Assembly (NCBI GenBank): GCA_977017575.1
Contig: CDRNVI010000011.1
Span: 124,001 to 188,000, forward strand
Reading direction: 5' to 3'
DNA: 64,000 nt
Source of the DNA: Paramoeba atlantica
Lineage: Eukaryota > Protista > Discosea
Made by a program: the position numbers and the translations under genes. Within the stretch, counting starts at the first letter, position 1, and each line of letters starts with the position of its first letter. The notes beneath the pieces were generated by a model. That model had not been told where the DNA came from, did no database searches, and saw nothing but the letters and a program-made list of their open reading frames with translations. Positions 10,822 to 20,042 of this stretch are shown piece by piece.

Positions 10822-10939
10822 CTTTTTACTATTTAGCTATAGTTTTTATAAAAATTGCGCGGGTTGTTCACAACCTCTGCCTTTTTACTATTTAGCTATA
10901 GTTTTTATAAAAATTGCGCGGGTTGTTTACAACCTCTGC
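10822..10939. repeat. Tandem duplication of a 59-bp unit (2 copies, 1 mismatch)
   Basis: ctttttactatttagctatagtttttataaaaattgcgcgggttgtt(c/t)acaacctctgc at 10822 and 10881. Confidence 0.95.
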
Positions 10940-11067
10940 CTCTCCCTTCTTTATGGTGTCCGGGGTAGGGTGGATCTAGCAGGGTGAGAAAAGGTGGTCC
11001 AACCCCCCTTCTATCCTCGATTTGGGCACAAATCACGGTGCTTATAAACGTAGGTCCCGGGAATCGA

Positions 11068-11140
11068 ACCCAGGTAGTCCAGTTGGTAAGACCTGCCTTT
11101 CATAATCTGGTGGTCGCAGGTTCGATTCCCGGCGGTGATA
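11068..11140 (+). pseudogene. tRNA-Met(CAT)-like pseudogene / Pol III A-box + B-box element
   Basis: A-box tagtccagttggt, D stem gtc/gac, loop ttcataa, then tctggtggtcgcaggttcgattccc resembling elongator tRNA-Met. The acceptor and anticodon stems do not pair. Confidence 0.6.
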
Positions 11141-11659
11141 TTTTCAGCAGTACGCGGCGTCGTTAGTCTTTGTGAAGCCGAAGGGGGGGTATGGCGAGGG
11201 CCCGCGTGAGCAGGCCTGAGCCATACGCGGCGCCATTAGTGGGAAGCAATTTGCGAAGAAAAAATTCCTGTACCCGCTTAATATTTCTACCAGGAATATT
11301 ACCCTGGACAGCGGTTTAATAGTATTTTAATAGCTAGGGAGGAGGAAAGGAAAAGGGCTCGATGGAGAACCTGGGATCTGCGATATTTGTGATCTGCGAG
11401 ACCGTAGAGGAAGTCGTCGGCGCAAGGCACAAAGCAGAAGGCTGATCCTTCTGCCTTTTTAGTTTAGGTTGGGGGGCACAGCAAAAATAACTTATTTTTT
11501 TATCTAGTATTTAACCGGTGCGTCTAACCACAGCATTCAACCTTTGATGACTGTTTGGATTTTCACCATCGGAAGATGCATACATCTGTATGTATGATTT
11601 ATCCATGTACATGTATGTATACACGTACGTGTATGTACGTGTACATATGTACACGTGTA

Positions 11660-13200
11660 CAGGGGTGCGGGTCTAAAGGTGGGGGGGGTCTAAAATTCGT
11701 AAAAGTTGTCCAATTTTGGAAAATAATAGCGCATTGGATAGCTCTCACAGAGTTGTATGTTTTAAGCGCATTAAAATCCTGTGATTTTAACGTACATATT
11801 TTTTGATACCACATTTCGCTTTTTTCCCTCGCAGGAATTACATTTTTTACTAGAAAATGCCCCAAAAGCGCGCTCGCTCGAGGACTTCCCGTGGAGTACT
11901 GAGCGATAGATCGTATTCTTCCCCCGCCCCCGTCAAAGAGAGTCACCGCATGCTTTTGGTGGCGGAATACGAGCGCACAGGATCGTACTCCGCTACGGCG
12001 CAGCACTTTGGTGTTCATGAGAACACTGTAAAACGTTGGGTTGAACGTTTTACCCTTACGGGTGACGTGTTAACGGCATCCCGAGAGCGTGTCTCGACGG
12101 TGGTTACCCCTGCGTTCCTGGATGTGGCTCTCAAGCTTGTCGACGAGGGGTATCGCGACCTTGTTTACGGCGTAGAGAGCTGGAGCGATCTTCTGCGAGA
12201 AATCCGTAGCCAAGGATTCACCTGCAGTCGACGGACCCTAGTCGACACATTGAAGAAGCAAGGCGTTGTGCTCCGCACTCTTCGGCGACGACCATCACTC
12301 ACACTCGAACACAAGGCGAAACGGTTGCAATTTTGTAAGGCGATGCTCGAGAAGAGCGACGCTCAATTCCTTCATTTTGTTTATTGTGACTAAAAGAAGT
12401 TTACTTGCGGTCGTGGGCGTTCCGGGCGAACTTACCTTTGTCGGAGGACGGACCCCCATAAGGAACAACGAGGCGAGCTAGAATCATGGTACGGCGGAAA
12501 TGGGATTATGGTTTGGATGGGTGTGAGCCTCAAACACGGCTTCCATCTCCACATTTTCCCTCCTCGAAATTCAGAAGGCCAGAAACTCACCGTTACGGGT
12601 GAAATTTTTGATCAGGCTATGAAAAAGCCACGGGGCTTTCTTCAATATTTAAAGCGACATCCAGCGGCCACGATTGCCATGGACAATTGCCCGGCCCACA
12701 ACAAGGCGCGTGCCACGTTCCGTGATACAGGAATTTCCGTTCTCCCCTGGCCTGCAAAATCTCCAGACCTGAATCCGATCGAAAATTTGTGGTCTGTGAT
12801 GGACACAGACAAAAATCTTCTTCGACCCCGAAATCGACAGCAACTGGAAGCCGCCATTGAGGGGTCTTTCCTTAAATTGAAACAGACCCACTCTGCAACG
12901 GTTCAGAAAACGTTGAAGAGTTTCAGGAAGCGTTGTGAAATTGTTATTAGTCGGAACGGGGGGCACTGTGGTTACTAATTGTCTTTTGCAATCCAAATTA
13001 CAGAAATTATTGACATCACTAAAGTATTGCAATATGTGTTTTTGACCCTTACATGAAAGGGGGGTACCCCCCAAACCCCGGATGCTACCTATCCTAAAAC
13101 ATACCACTCTGTGAGAGCTATCCAATGCGCTATTATTTTCCAAAATTGGACAATTTTTACGAATTTTAGACCCCCCCCCACCTTTAGATTCGCACCCATG
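11660..13200 (+). mobile_element. Tc1/mariner DNA transposon, 1541 bp, ~105-bp TIRs, TA target duplication
   Basis: TIRs at 11660-11764 and 13095-13200 are reverse complements with few mismatches. TA at 11658-59 and 13201-02. Encloses a transposase. Confidence 0.95.
11857..12978 (+). pseudogene. Tc1-like DDE transposase with a single in-frame TAA
   Basis: ORFs 11857-12393 and 12508-12978 share a frame and the linker is open. Motifs: HTH N-terminus, CD*KKF, MVWMG, MDNCPAH, WPAKSPDLNPIENLW. Confidence 0.9.
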
Positions 13201-13495
13201 TATATACATCTACGTATGCAAATCTTCTATGAACGCTATACGTTCTTCCGAAATGTTCTTAGAAAGCTTATGTTTGTTTACCGGGTACTCGAAGGCATCA
13301 AAATATGGATATTATGATATCTTTAATGGGTTAAATTTTAATAGAGGGGCCCAGAAGCGCGCGTTTTTCCACTTTTTTTGTAATTCAATATTTCTCAAAA
13401 CATTTCACTCTAAATTATTAACCTCTATAAAATTATTCTATAAGATTATCTCTTTACTTCACTTCATTCAAGTACTTCTTCTTTTCTAATGTAAT

Positions 13496-15445
13496 GTGTT
13501 TCAAATAAGAATGCGTTTCCTTTTTCCGGTGCTCTATGGAATCGTTTGCGTAGCATCTCTCCCCTCCTCGGGTTCTAATCTCCCTTTGTATATCAAGTCT
13601 GGTATGGTGATTCAGAACCGTATGATGCAATGTCACTTTCACTCGAAGAGCATAAGAACTTTGCCGTCATTGCTTCATTATACAAGTATTCCTGTCGTTC
13701 ATGCTAAAACTGATCGCGATCGTTCAAGTAATTTCAATTCAAAGATGGAGGCTGACGTATCTAGCATCGAAGATACATTTTTTTACCGTATTCTTTATTT
13801 TACGAGGCAGTTTGTCAGATTCTTGTGGAGTTGTTTGGAATACAGTGTTAGAATGTTATTTCCCTACTCTGAACATTCCCCGGAGAGACCTCAAACGCGT
13901 CCTTCGTCACAAAATTTGAAGCATTTTCAAATGGAACGCTTGGACGACGAGTTGAATGATAACAAGATTCGAAATAAACGCGCTCATTTGCACAGCAAAA
14001 AGAATATGGATATGGATTCACCAAAGATTCAGTGTTCACCCCATCCGGAGCTTTCAGATGCTCAGCTTGATGCACTGTGTGGAATGGACGGGGAGGACGC
14101 TGAGTTATGGAGGACTATGATCTCAGCCGTATATGAACACGTACATACCGTTAATGTTGAGAACGTTTCAAGCAACTCCGAAAATAAGAATGTGCAACTT
14201 TTACGAAGTCGGGAACTATTAGAAAGCGAGGAAGAAATTAAGGAGGTAGCCCTCGAAAAGCCCACATTGCTCTCGCGAATCTGGCAACGCATCACATACT
14301 TGGCACAGTGTCTACTACATTTTTTTGGTTGCTGGGAATCATCGAATGTCTTTGCAGCACCCGCTTTGCCATCCCCGTTGAGAGAACTGAATCCTGATAG
14401 AGAAATAGCCGCTCCACCTGTAAATCCAAAAAGAGGATCTGACATCTACAACACGAAAAATCGTCCTGATAAATTCTTAACGAAATCTGAGAAGAAATGT
14501 CATCAATCAGCCAGCTGTGACGGAAAGGAAAGTCTTGCTAATCACAAAATAGCACATAAACCCGGATCTCTCCTTTACGAAGAGCTGCCCAAGGCAGACA
14601 CACAACCGCATTCGAAATCCTTACTTTCCGAGCTTTTCAAAGTCGGCGCTGAGCTTGCGTCGGAAGAACTTCAGCAAAAGGTTGAAGATGGAGTAGACTC
14701 GCGGAATCGTCCAGTAATCACTCCCCCGATTAGCGAAAGTGACGATGAGTCTATTTGGTATACTATAGGAGATACTATAATTGAAGGTCTCGGAGACTTC
14801 CATTCCTCCTCCAGACTAGATCTACGCAGAAACGAAACCTTTGATCCTCAACATGAACGTAGAACACCGAATTCTTCTTTTGAGAGTTTGGAACGACACA
14901 CGGTTTCTGACGTGTTAAGTCGAAGCTCCGGGGCCCATTCCTCATCTAGACGGCTATTGTCTCCAGAACCGCGTCTTTCTAGCAGCTCGCCGATTACGTA
15001 TAATGAGCAGTTCGATGTTGAAGAAGAAACTCATGATGTCGCACCCTCTCGAGCCGGCATCGCTACACCGTATTCTGCTAACATGTCGGAGCATCGTTCT
15101 TCTGTAACACGTCGCCTACTGAGTTCCGCCAGAGGATATGTCTCGAATTTTAAAACCTACATGTCACCTGCACGAAGGCCATCCCCACCTCAGGTACCCC
15201 GCATGTGCGCTAAGCACCCAATGTCGGATCAAAGGTCTGAACTTCCATTTAACAAGCCACTACATGCGGATCAAATGCCTCTATTGGTTGTGGAGGAAGA
15301 CATAATGTTTGTTCAGTGCAAACCACCCTACAACCGAGAGTGTCGCACTCTTGATGATGTCGGGGAGAGGCTTCCCTACCCTGTTTGCATTGCTGATTCC
15401 GATATGCATACCGGGTGGCTGGAGTGTGTACCTTGCCCTAGTTAA
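13496..15445 (+). CDS. Hypothetical protein, hydrophobic N-terminus, Ser-rich middle, short Cys-containing C-terminus
   Basis: 649-aa uninterrupted ORF on the coding strand; no family recognised. Confidence 0.7.
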   Translation: MFQIRMRFLFPVLYGIVCVASLPSSGSNLPLYIKSGMVIQNRMMQCHFHSKSIRTLPSLLHYTSIPVVHAKTDRDRSSNFNSKMEADVSSIEDTFFYRILYFTRQFVRFLWSCLEYSVRMLFPYSEHSPERPQTRPSSQNLKHFQMERLDDELNDNKIRNKRAHLHSKKNMDMDSPKIQCSPHPELSDAQLDALCGMDGEDAELWRTMISAVYEHVHTVNVENVSSNSENKNVQLLRSRELLESEEEIKEVALEKPTLLSRIWQRITYLAQCLLHFFGCWESSNVFAAPALPSPLRELNPDREIAAPPVNPKRGSDIYNTKNRPDKFLTKSEKKCHQSASCDGKESLANHKIAHKPGSLLYEELPKADTQPHSKSLLSELFKVGAELASEELQQKVEDGVDSRNRPVITPPISESDDESIWYTIGDTIIEGLGDFHSSSRLDLRRNETFDPQHERRTPNSSFESLERHTVSDVLSRSSGAHSSSRRLLSPEPRLSSSSPITYNEQFDVEEETHDVAPSRAGIATPYSANMSEHRSSVTRRLLSSARGYVSNFKTYMSPARRPSPPQVPRMCAKHPMSDQRSELPFNKPLHADQMPLLVVEEDIMFVQCKPPYNRECRTLDDVGERLPYPVCIADSDMHTGWLECVPCPS

Positions 15446-16042
15446 TGATCAATAGATTTTTCTGCAAATTCACATTGTTCAACTTCTTGGATATAGTTTT
15501 TACGGGCGAGCCAACCTTCCGAGCCAAATCTCTGTTACTTGGGGCCGAATCTCTGGTACACCGGATATACGGCATGTGTGTGTGTGTACTGTACTTTCGC
15601 GTCTTCGAATTCGTGCATTTGATACAAATACAATTTCATTTCTTCAAGTGCCAGTTTTATAACTGGCTCGATGCGAGTTGCGGTTATTCCGTTCGCTAGT
15701 TGCGGTTGTTCCATTCAAAAGTGCTGCTCATTAAATATGTGAATCATTGTATGCCATAGGACTTTGTCTCTGGTCCCGGTAAGACTCTGGTAATCTTTCA
15801 GTTTTCGATGCCGGAGGAACTCGATAAATTTATCATGAGGTTGTACTTATCATCATCTCATAGAAGAAGTTTCAACTGATAAAGAACAGCTAATCCTAAA
15901 TATGGCGCAATCAACTAAAATAATATATCACGTTCTACAGCAACACGTTTTACGTGTTTTCGTTAGCACTTTTTCTTTCCCGCAAACTAACTTAACTCCA
16001 TTTCTCGTGTTCCATTTTACTCACCTACTCTCTTCGCCCACA

Positions 16043-16639
16043 ATGTTTCCCTCCCTCCTACGCCGTGCCGCGTTTCACCCGGTGTCCCCAAGCAACCCGA
16101 AAGTGTTTATGGACATTGCAATCAACAACACTCACTGCGGTCGACTTACCTTTGAGCTGTTTGCGGATGTCGTCCCTAAGACCGCTGAGAATTTCCGCTC
16201 ACTGTGCACCGGGGAGAAAGGCATGGGGAAGACGGGGAAGATGCTGCACTACAAAGGCTCGAGCTTTCACCGTGTGATTCCCCAGTTTATGTGCCAAGGC
16301 GGGGACTTTACCGCAGGGAACGGCACCGGGGGTGAGTCCATTTATGGGCAAAAGTTCGAAGATGAGTCGTTCAGCGGGAAGGCCGGGAGACACTTTGGCT
16401 CCGGCACGCTCTCGATGGCGAATGCCGGGCCCAACACCAACGGGTCGCAGTTTTTTATCTGCACCGCCCCGACGAGCTGGCTGGACCGCAAACATGTTGT
16501 GTTTGGCCAGCTCCTGAAAGGGGATGAGGTGCTGAAAAAGATGGAGTCGATGGGTACGCAGTCTGGGGCGACCAAGGGGAGTGTGGTCATTCGCGATTGC
16601 GGAGAAGTCAAGGAGGAGGTGGAGGAGAAGACAGCGTAG
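16043..16639 (+). CDS. Cyclophilin-type peptidyl-prolyl isomerase with a probable mitochondrial presequence
   Basis: [55 protein letters not shown] and [10 protein letters not shown]. Start chosen at MFPSLLRR; the ORF is open from 15902. Confidence 0.95.
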   Translation: MFPSLLRRAAFHPVSPSNPKVFMDIAINNTHCGRLTFELFADVVPKTAENFRSLCTGEKGMGKTGKMLHYKGSSFHRVIPQFMCQGGDFTAGNGTGGESIYGQKFEDESFSGKAGRHFGSGTLSMANAGPNTNGSQFFICTAPTSWLDRKHVVFGQLLKGDEVLKKMESMGTQSGATKGSVVIRDCGEVKEEVEEKTA

Positions 16640-17107
16640 GAACAACGCGAGGATAACCTGGGGTTGTGGGGAAATAAGGACACTTATGTTTGTAGTACGC
16701 AGTAGGGTCATGAAATGTAAGAAGCGCCAAACAGGACTAAGGAAAATAGTATGAACTTGATTTGCTATTTGTTTTTACTTGTCGTAGAACAAGAGATCGA
16801 ATGTTTGAAAGGCTTTAGTAAGATGAAGAATGCACATTGTGGTCACTAAAACGAATTTTACAAACCGGAATGATAATAAATTTGTTATCTTTGACACTAA
16901 GCTATGTTTCATGGTTTTGTTATATTTTTGGGAGCACTAGAACATGTGGTTTTAGCTTGTTTGATAAATGCTGACTTGTCATGTTCATGATTGTGCTTGC
17001 TAAGCATTTGCTAGCATAAATTGTTTATACCTGATGAACTACACCATCGCACGGGTAAGTTTTAGTTTTATTCGCTTACATTACTTCTACACTACTACGA
17101 TTCAGTA

Positions 17108-17641
17108 ATGCAGTCGGAGATTTTTCGGCGAAGCTTTGCCACCAACCGCTTACGAGTTCACTCCCACCTTATTTCTCAGATGTACACTTTTTCAAGTCGT
17201 GGTAAATCTAGCACCAGTAAAGTAAAAGCAGATTCTGTGATGAAAGTTGCATCAGGTTTGAGCTCTCCTTCACGCTTTGATGAAGAGAAGTTTTTGAGCA
17301 CAATAGTTCGCCCCTATTTAGAATCTATGTGTCGATGGGGTGAGGAAATGAAGATAAAGAAACGGGTATCTAAGAAGTCGAAGTTGTCCCCGAAGGCGAC
17401 AGAGCGGGATACCGATTTACATTATGAGCACGGAGTTCCTCTCGATGCCAGAGGGTTTCCCTCCTTTGTTCTTGGTCGCTTTGAGCGTACTGCCACGCAT
17501 CTGCGTATGGATATGCGACAACCTCATCGTATATTAGGGGTTCTTGCTGCTCATTGGCGAGCACTCCCTCTTGATGTTCGTGAACAAATGGGAATGATGA
17601 AGCACAATCGCGTAGTGAAGATGCTCAAGCGACTGCAATAA
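17108..17641 (+). CDS. Basic protein with an HMG-box-like C-terminus and a possible mitochondrial presequence (kDNA-associated-protein-like, tentative)
   Basis: RILGVLAAHWRALPLDVREQM resembles HMG helices 2-3; Arg/Ser-rich N-terminus. Confidence 0.5.
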   Translation: MQSEIFRRSFATNRLRVHSHLISQMYTFSSRGKSSTSKVKADSVMKVASGLSSPSRFDEEKFLSTIVRPYLESMCRWGEEMKIKKRVSKKSKLSPKATERDTDLHYEHGVPLDARGFPSFVLGRFERTATHLRMDMRQPHRILGVLAAHWRALPLDVREQMGMMKHNRVVKMLKRLQ

Positions 17642-18031
17642 AGATTTCTTTACTTTGACCTAAATTTGTTTTGAAACTAGAGAACGCTTTAAGTAATCTT
17701 ACTATGCGTGTATGATGCGTGTGATGGTTGTTCCGCGCTGTCTGAGTAATATAAAAAATTCTTGAATGTGAAACAAAAAATGTAAAACAATTTTTTTTAT
17801 CAAAAATGATTGCACGATTACGGAGGTATACTTTAAATTTTTGATCAATATACTAGGATTTCAACTCTCACGTACATCAACGTCATCAGAACCGCAGAAT
17901 CACATTATTTAATAACATGGGTGATACACCTATGGGTTGCCGATTTCGTATCCGAGATAGCATTATTGCAGGAGTTGTATCCACTGAAGAGCACCACAGC
18001 CCTCTATGGGCTATAGAAATGTGACTCCTTC

Positions 18032-19588
18032 ATGTATACTGAAAAGCGTGAAGTATGTGAAACAAAGCGCACGAGGAAAAGCAAAAGAATTGCCGACGTT
18101 TCTCTGATAGGCTGCATGAGAAAAATGAATGGGCAAATGTGCCAAAAACTGGATTTCAATATTCTTTCACTCAGCACCCTGGTCATACTCTTGGGACTGC
18201 ATTTTACTATTAGTCTTCCAAGTTTTTTTGACGATGAGCACGCGTTGATAAATTACCTGGAGTATTTATGTATGGCACTGTATAGTACACTGTATCTCAT
18301 GTTCAACTCTTTTTCTTGGAAGCTGCACTCACTTTTTTCCTGGAATTCGCGAACTATGCGTCGCAGTGTTCCGGGCATTGTTCCGCTTTTAAATGCTCTG
18401 CTATTGACATGCTTCTTCTCCTGCGTTCTCGTTAAATCATTTTGTTCCTATCAAAAGATTATATACGCCCGCATGGTCACTGATTTATCGTGTTTGTTAC
18501 TCATTTTTTTGCGCATACCTCATTGTCCGGAGATTATTGAAAGCATCTCGATTTGCGCTTCAGTCATATGGTTTCTTTGCATGACGCAATTACTTATCGG
18601 TCTGACGACAGCCATTGCGATCTTTTATGGTGAAGCTTCCATCTCTTTTTGGGATCGTTTTCACTCTCAGTGGGTACGTGGTTTGATATCGGAACGAATG
18701 ATTTCGATACCTTTGACCTCATCTATGGTGTATCCCCCTGAAGCGTTCTCTCCTTCATTGCTTGATCACGAGCGCGTTCATAAAAGTCCTTTTCAAAGTG
18801 CTCTTGATGCTTTATGGTTCTGCATCTCTTCCTTGACGGTTGTGGGATATGGCGATTTGGTTCCGTTTAGCCCGCTGGGGCGTGGTTTCGCTATTTTCTG
18901 TGTGTTGTGCGGGATACTGTGCATCGCAGTTGGTTCTGCCATGCTCGGAAAATCTTTTATTGAAAGTGTAAGATTGTCGCACGATACGGCAAAAGAAAAA
19001 AGCACTCTCTGCGAACAAAACGAGGATTGGTGCTCTGAAATAATTCATTTTTGTGATTCGATGTCCGACGAGTTACTTTTGACTTTGCAAAGGTCGGAGA
19101 ATGGGGGGTGGACCGGTGAAGCTGAAAAAAGTTTGGAAATTCAACAAGGAACAGAAGCAGGAGTACGGCAAAATGCGTTAGCAGAAGACAGTTCGCTTAC
19201 ATCATTGTCCGTGGAACCTGAATCATTTGAAGAAATTATATCAAAAATTGAGAATCTGCACTTTATAAGACATGTTATAGTGTGGGATGAGCGGGTACAA
19301 AAAGTGATTCGCAGAGCTTACACAGACGCTGTTGACCTCTCCTGCGCTTCTCCTAGGAAGAAATTTTTAGATAGTATTCATGCGCTTGCTTTTCCCTTTA
19401 GAGTGCAATCCGTCCAAAATGCGATTCAGATCTCACCGGTATTTCTAAATTCAGGAGAACCCTCACATTCCACCGAAGGAGTGAATGAAGACCGAAGTCC
19501 TGCTGATCCATGCAGAAACTACGACTTGCGCATGAAAAGACTATGTAGTCTTCTCCGACAAGGCATTCAACGAGATGTAGAGTTGTGA
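18032..19588 (+). CDS. Potassium channel subunit
   Basis: Pore region DALWFCISSLTVVGYGDLVPFSPLGR, with multiple upstream TM segments. Confidence 0.85.
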   Translation: MYTEKREVCETKRTRKSKRIADVSLIGCMRKMNGQMCQKLDFNILSLSTLVILLGLHFTISLPSFFDDEHALINYLEYLCMALYSTLYLMFNSFSWKLHSLFSWNSRTMRRSVPGIVPLLNALLLTCFFSCVLVKSFCSYQKIIYARMVTDLSCLLLIFLRIPHCPEIIESISICASVIWFLCMTQLLIGLTTAIAIFYGEASISFWDRFHSQWVRGLISERMISIPLTSSMVYPPEAFSPSLLDHERVHKSPFQSALDALWFCISSLTVVGYGDLVPFSPLGRGFAIFCVLCGILCIAVGSAMLGKSFIESVRLSHDTAKEKSTLCEQNEDWCSEIIHFCDSMSDELLLTLQRSENGGWTGEAEKSLEIQQGTEAGVRQNALAEDSSLTSLSVEPESFEEIISKIENLHFIRHVIVWDERVQKVIRRAYTDAVDLSCASPRKKFLDSIHALAFPFRVQSVQNAIQISPVFLNSGEPSHSTEGVNEDRSPADPCRNYDLRMKRLCSLLRQGIQRDVEL

Positions 19589-20042
19589 ACATGAACGAAC
19601 AATCCATCGGATGTTTTTAAATGTAGCATCGCAGCCTATTAACGTCGTGTATTAGAATATTAGGGGTAGATAGAAGCGCTGGGATTCCTTATTGCATTTC
19701 CCAAACAGAAAAATGCTTCGTATTTTTTTCAATAGCATCTTTTATTTAAAAAATTGATAATCTTCATTAATTTATTTCCTTGCCATTACACTTTCGATAA
19801 CGAATTTAAATTTTGAAGCAATACTCGTTTCTCGCCAGGCATGTACTATGCTTACAAGTTCATATTGTAATTGTTTGCTCAGTGATTACGCGACGCTCTT
19901 TTCTAATTAAACTTTTGTTTTTGCATATACTACTAGCTTCTCTAAACAGAATTCGTATGTGATCCTCAGTTGTACGGCAAAAAATGGGCTTTGAAAAAGG
20001 AATTCATGTTTAACGTGGCTTATTCACACAAAAGTTCGACCG

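Noticed and set aside
10826-10842. ctatttagcta resembling the trypanosome U2 5' end
   Set aside because: Not followed by AGATCAAG or the rest of U2; it lies in an AT-rich tandem repeat.
11068-11140. Functional tRNA-Met
   Set aside because: The acceptor, anticodon and T stems mostly fail to pair; kept only as a pseudogene or promoter element.
11400-11460. gcgcaaggc and ggctgatcc resembling U6 or 7SL
   Set aside because: No ACAGAG box, no SRP helix-8 context; the matches are too short.
12391-12393. In-frame TAA at a conserved Glu, suggesting UAA=Glu recoding as in Blastocrithidia
   Set aside because: The long host ORFs have no internal stops and end in TAA, TAG or TGA. A single GAA>TAA mutation is enough to explain it.
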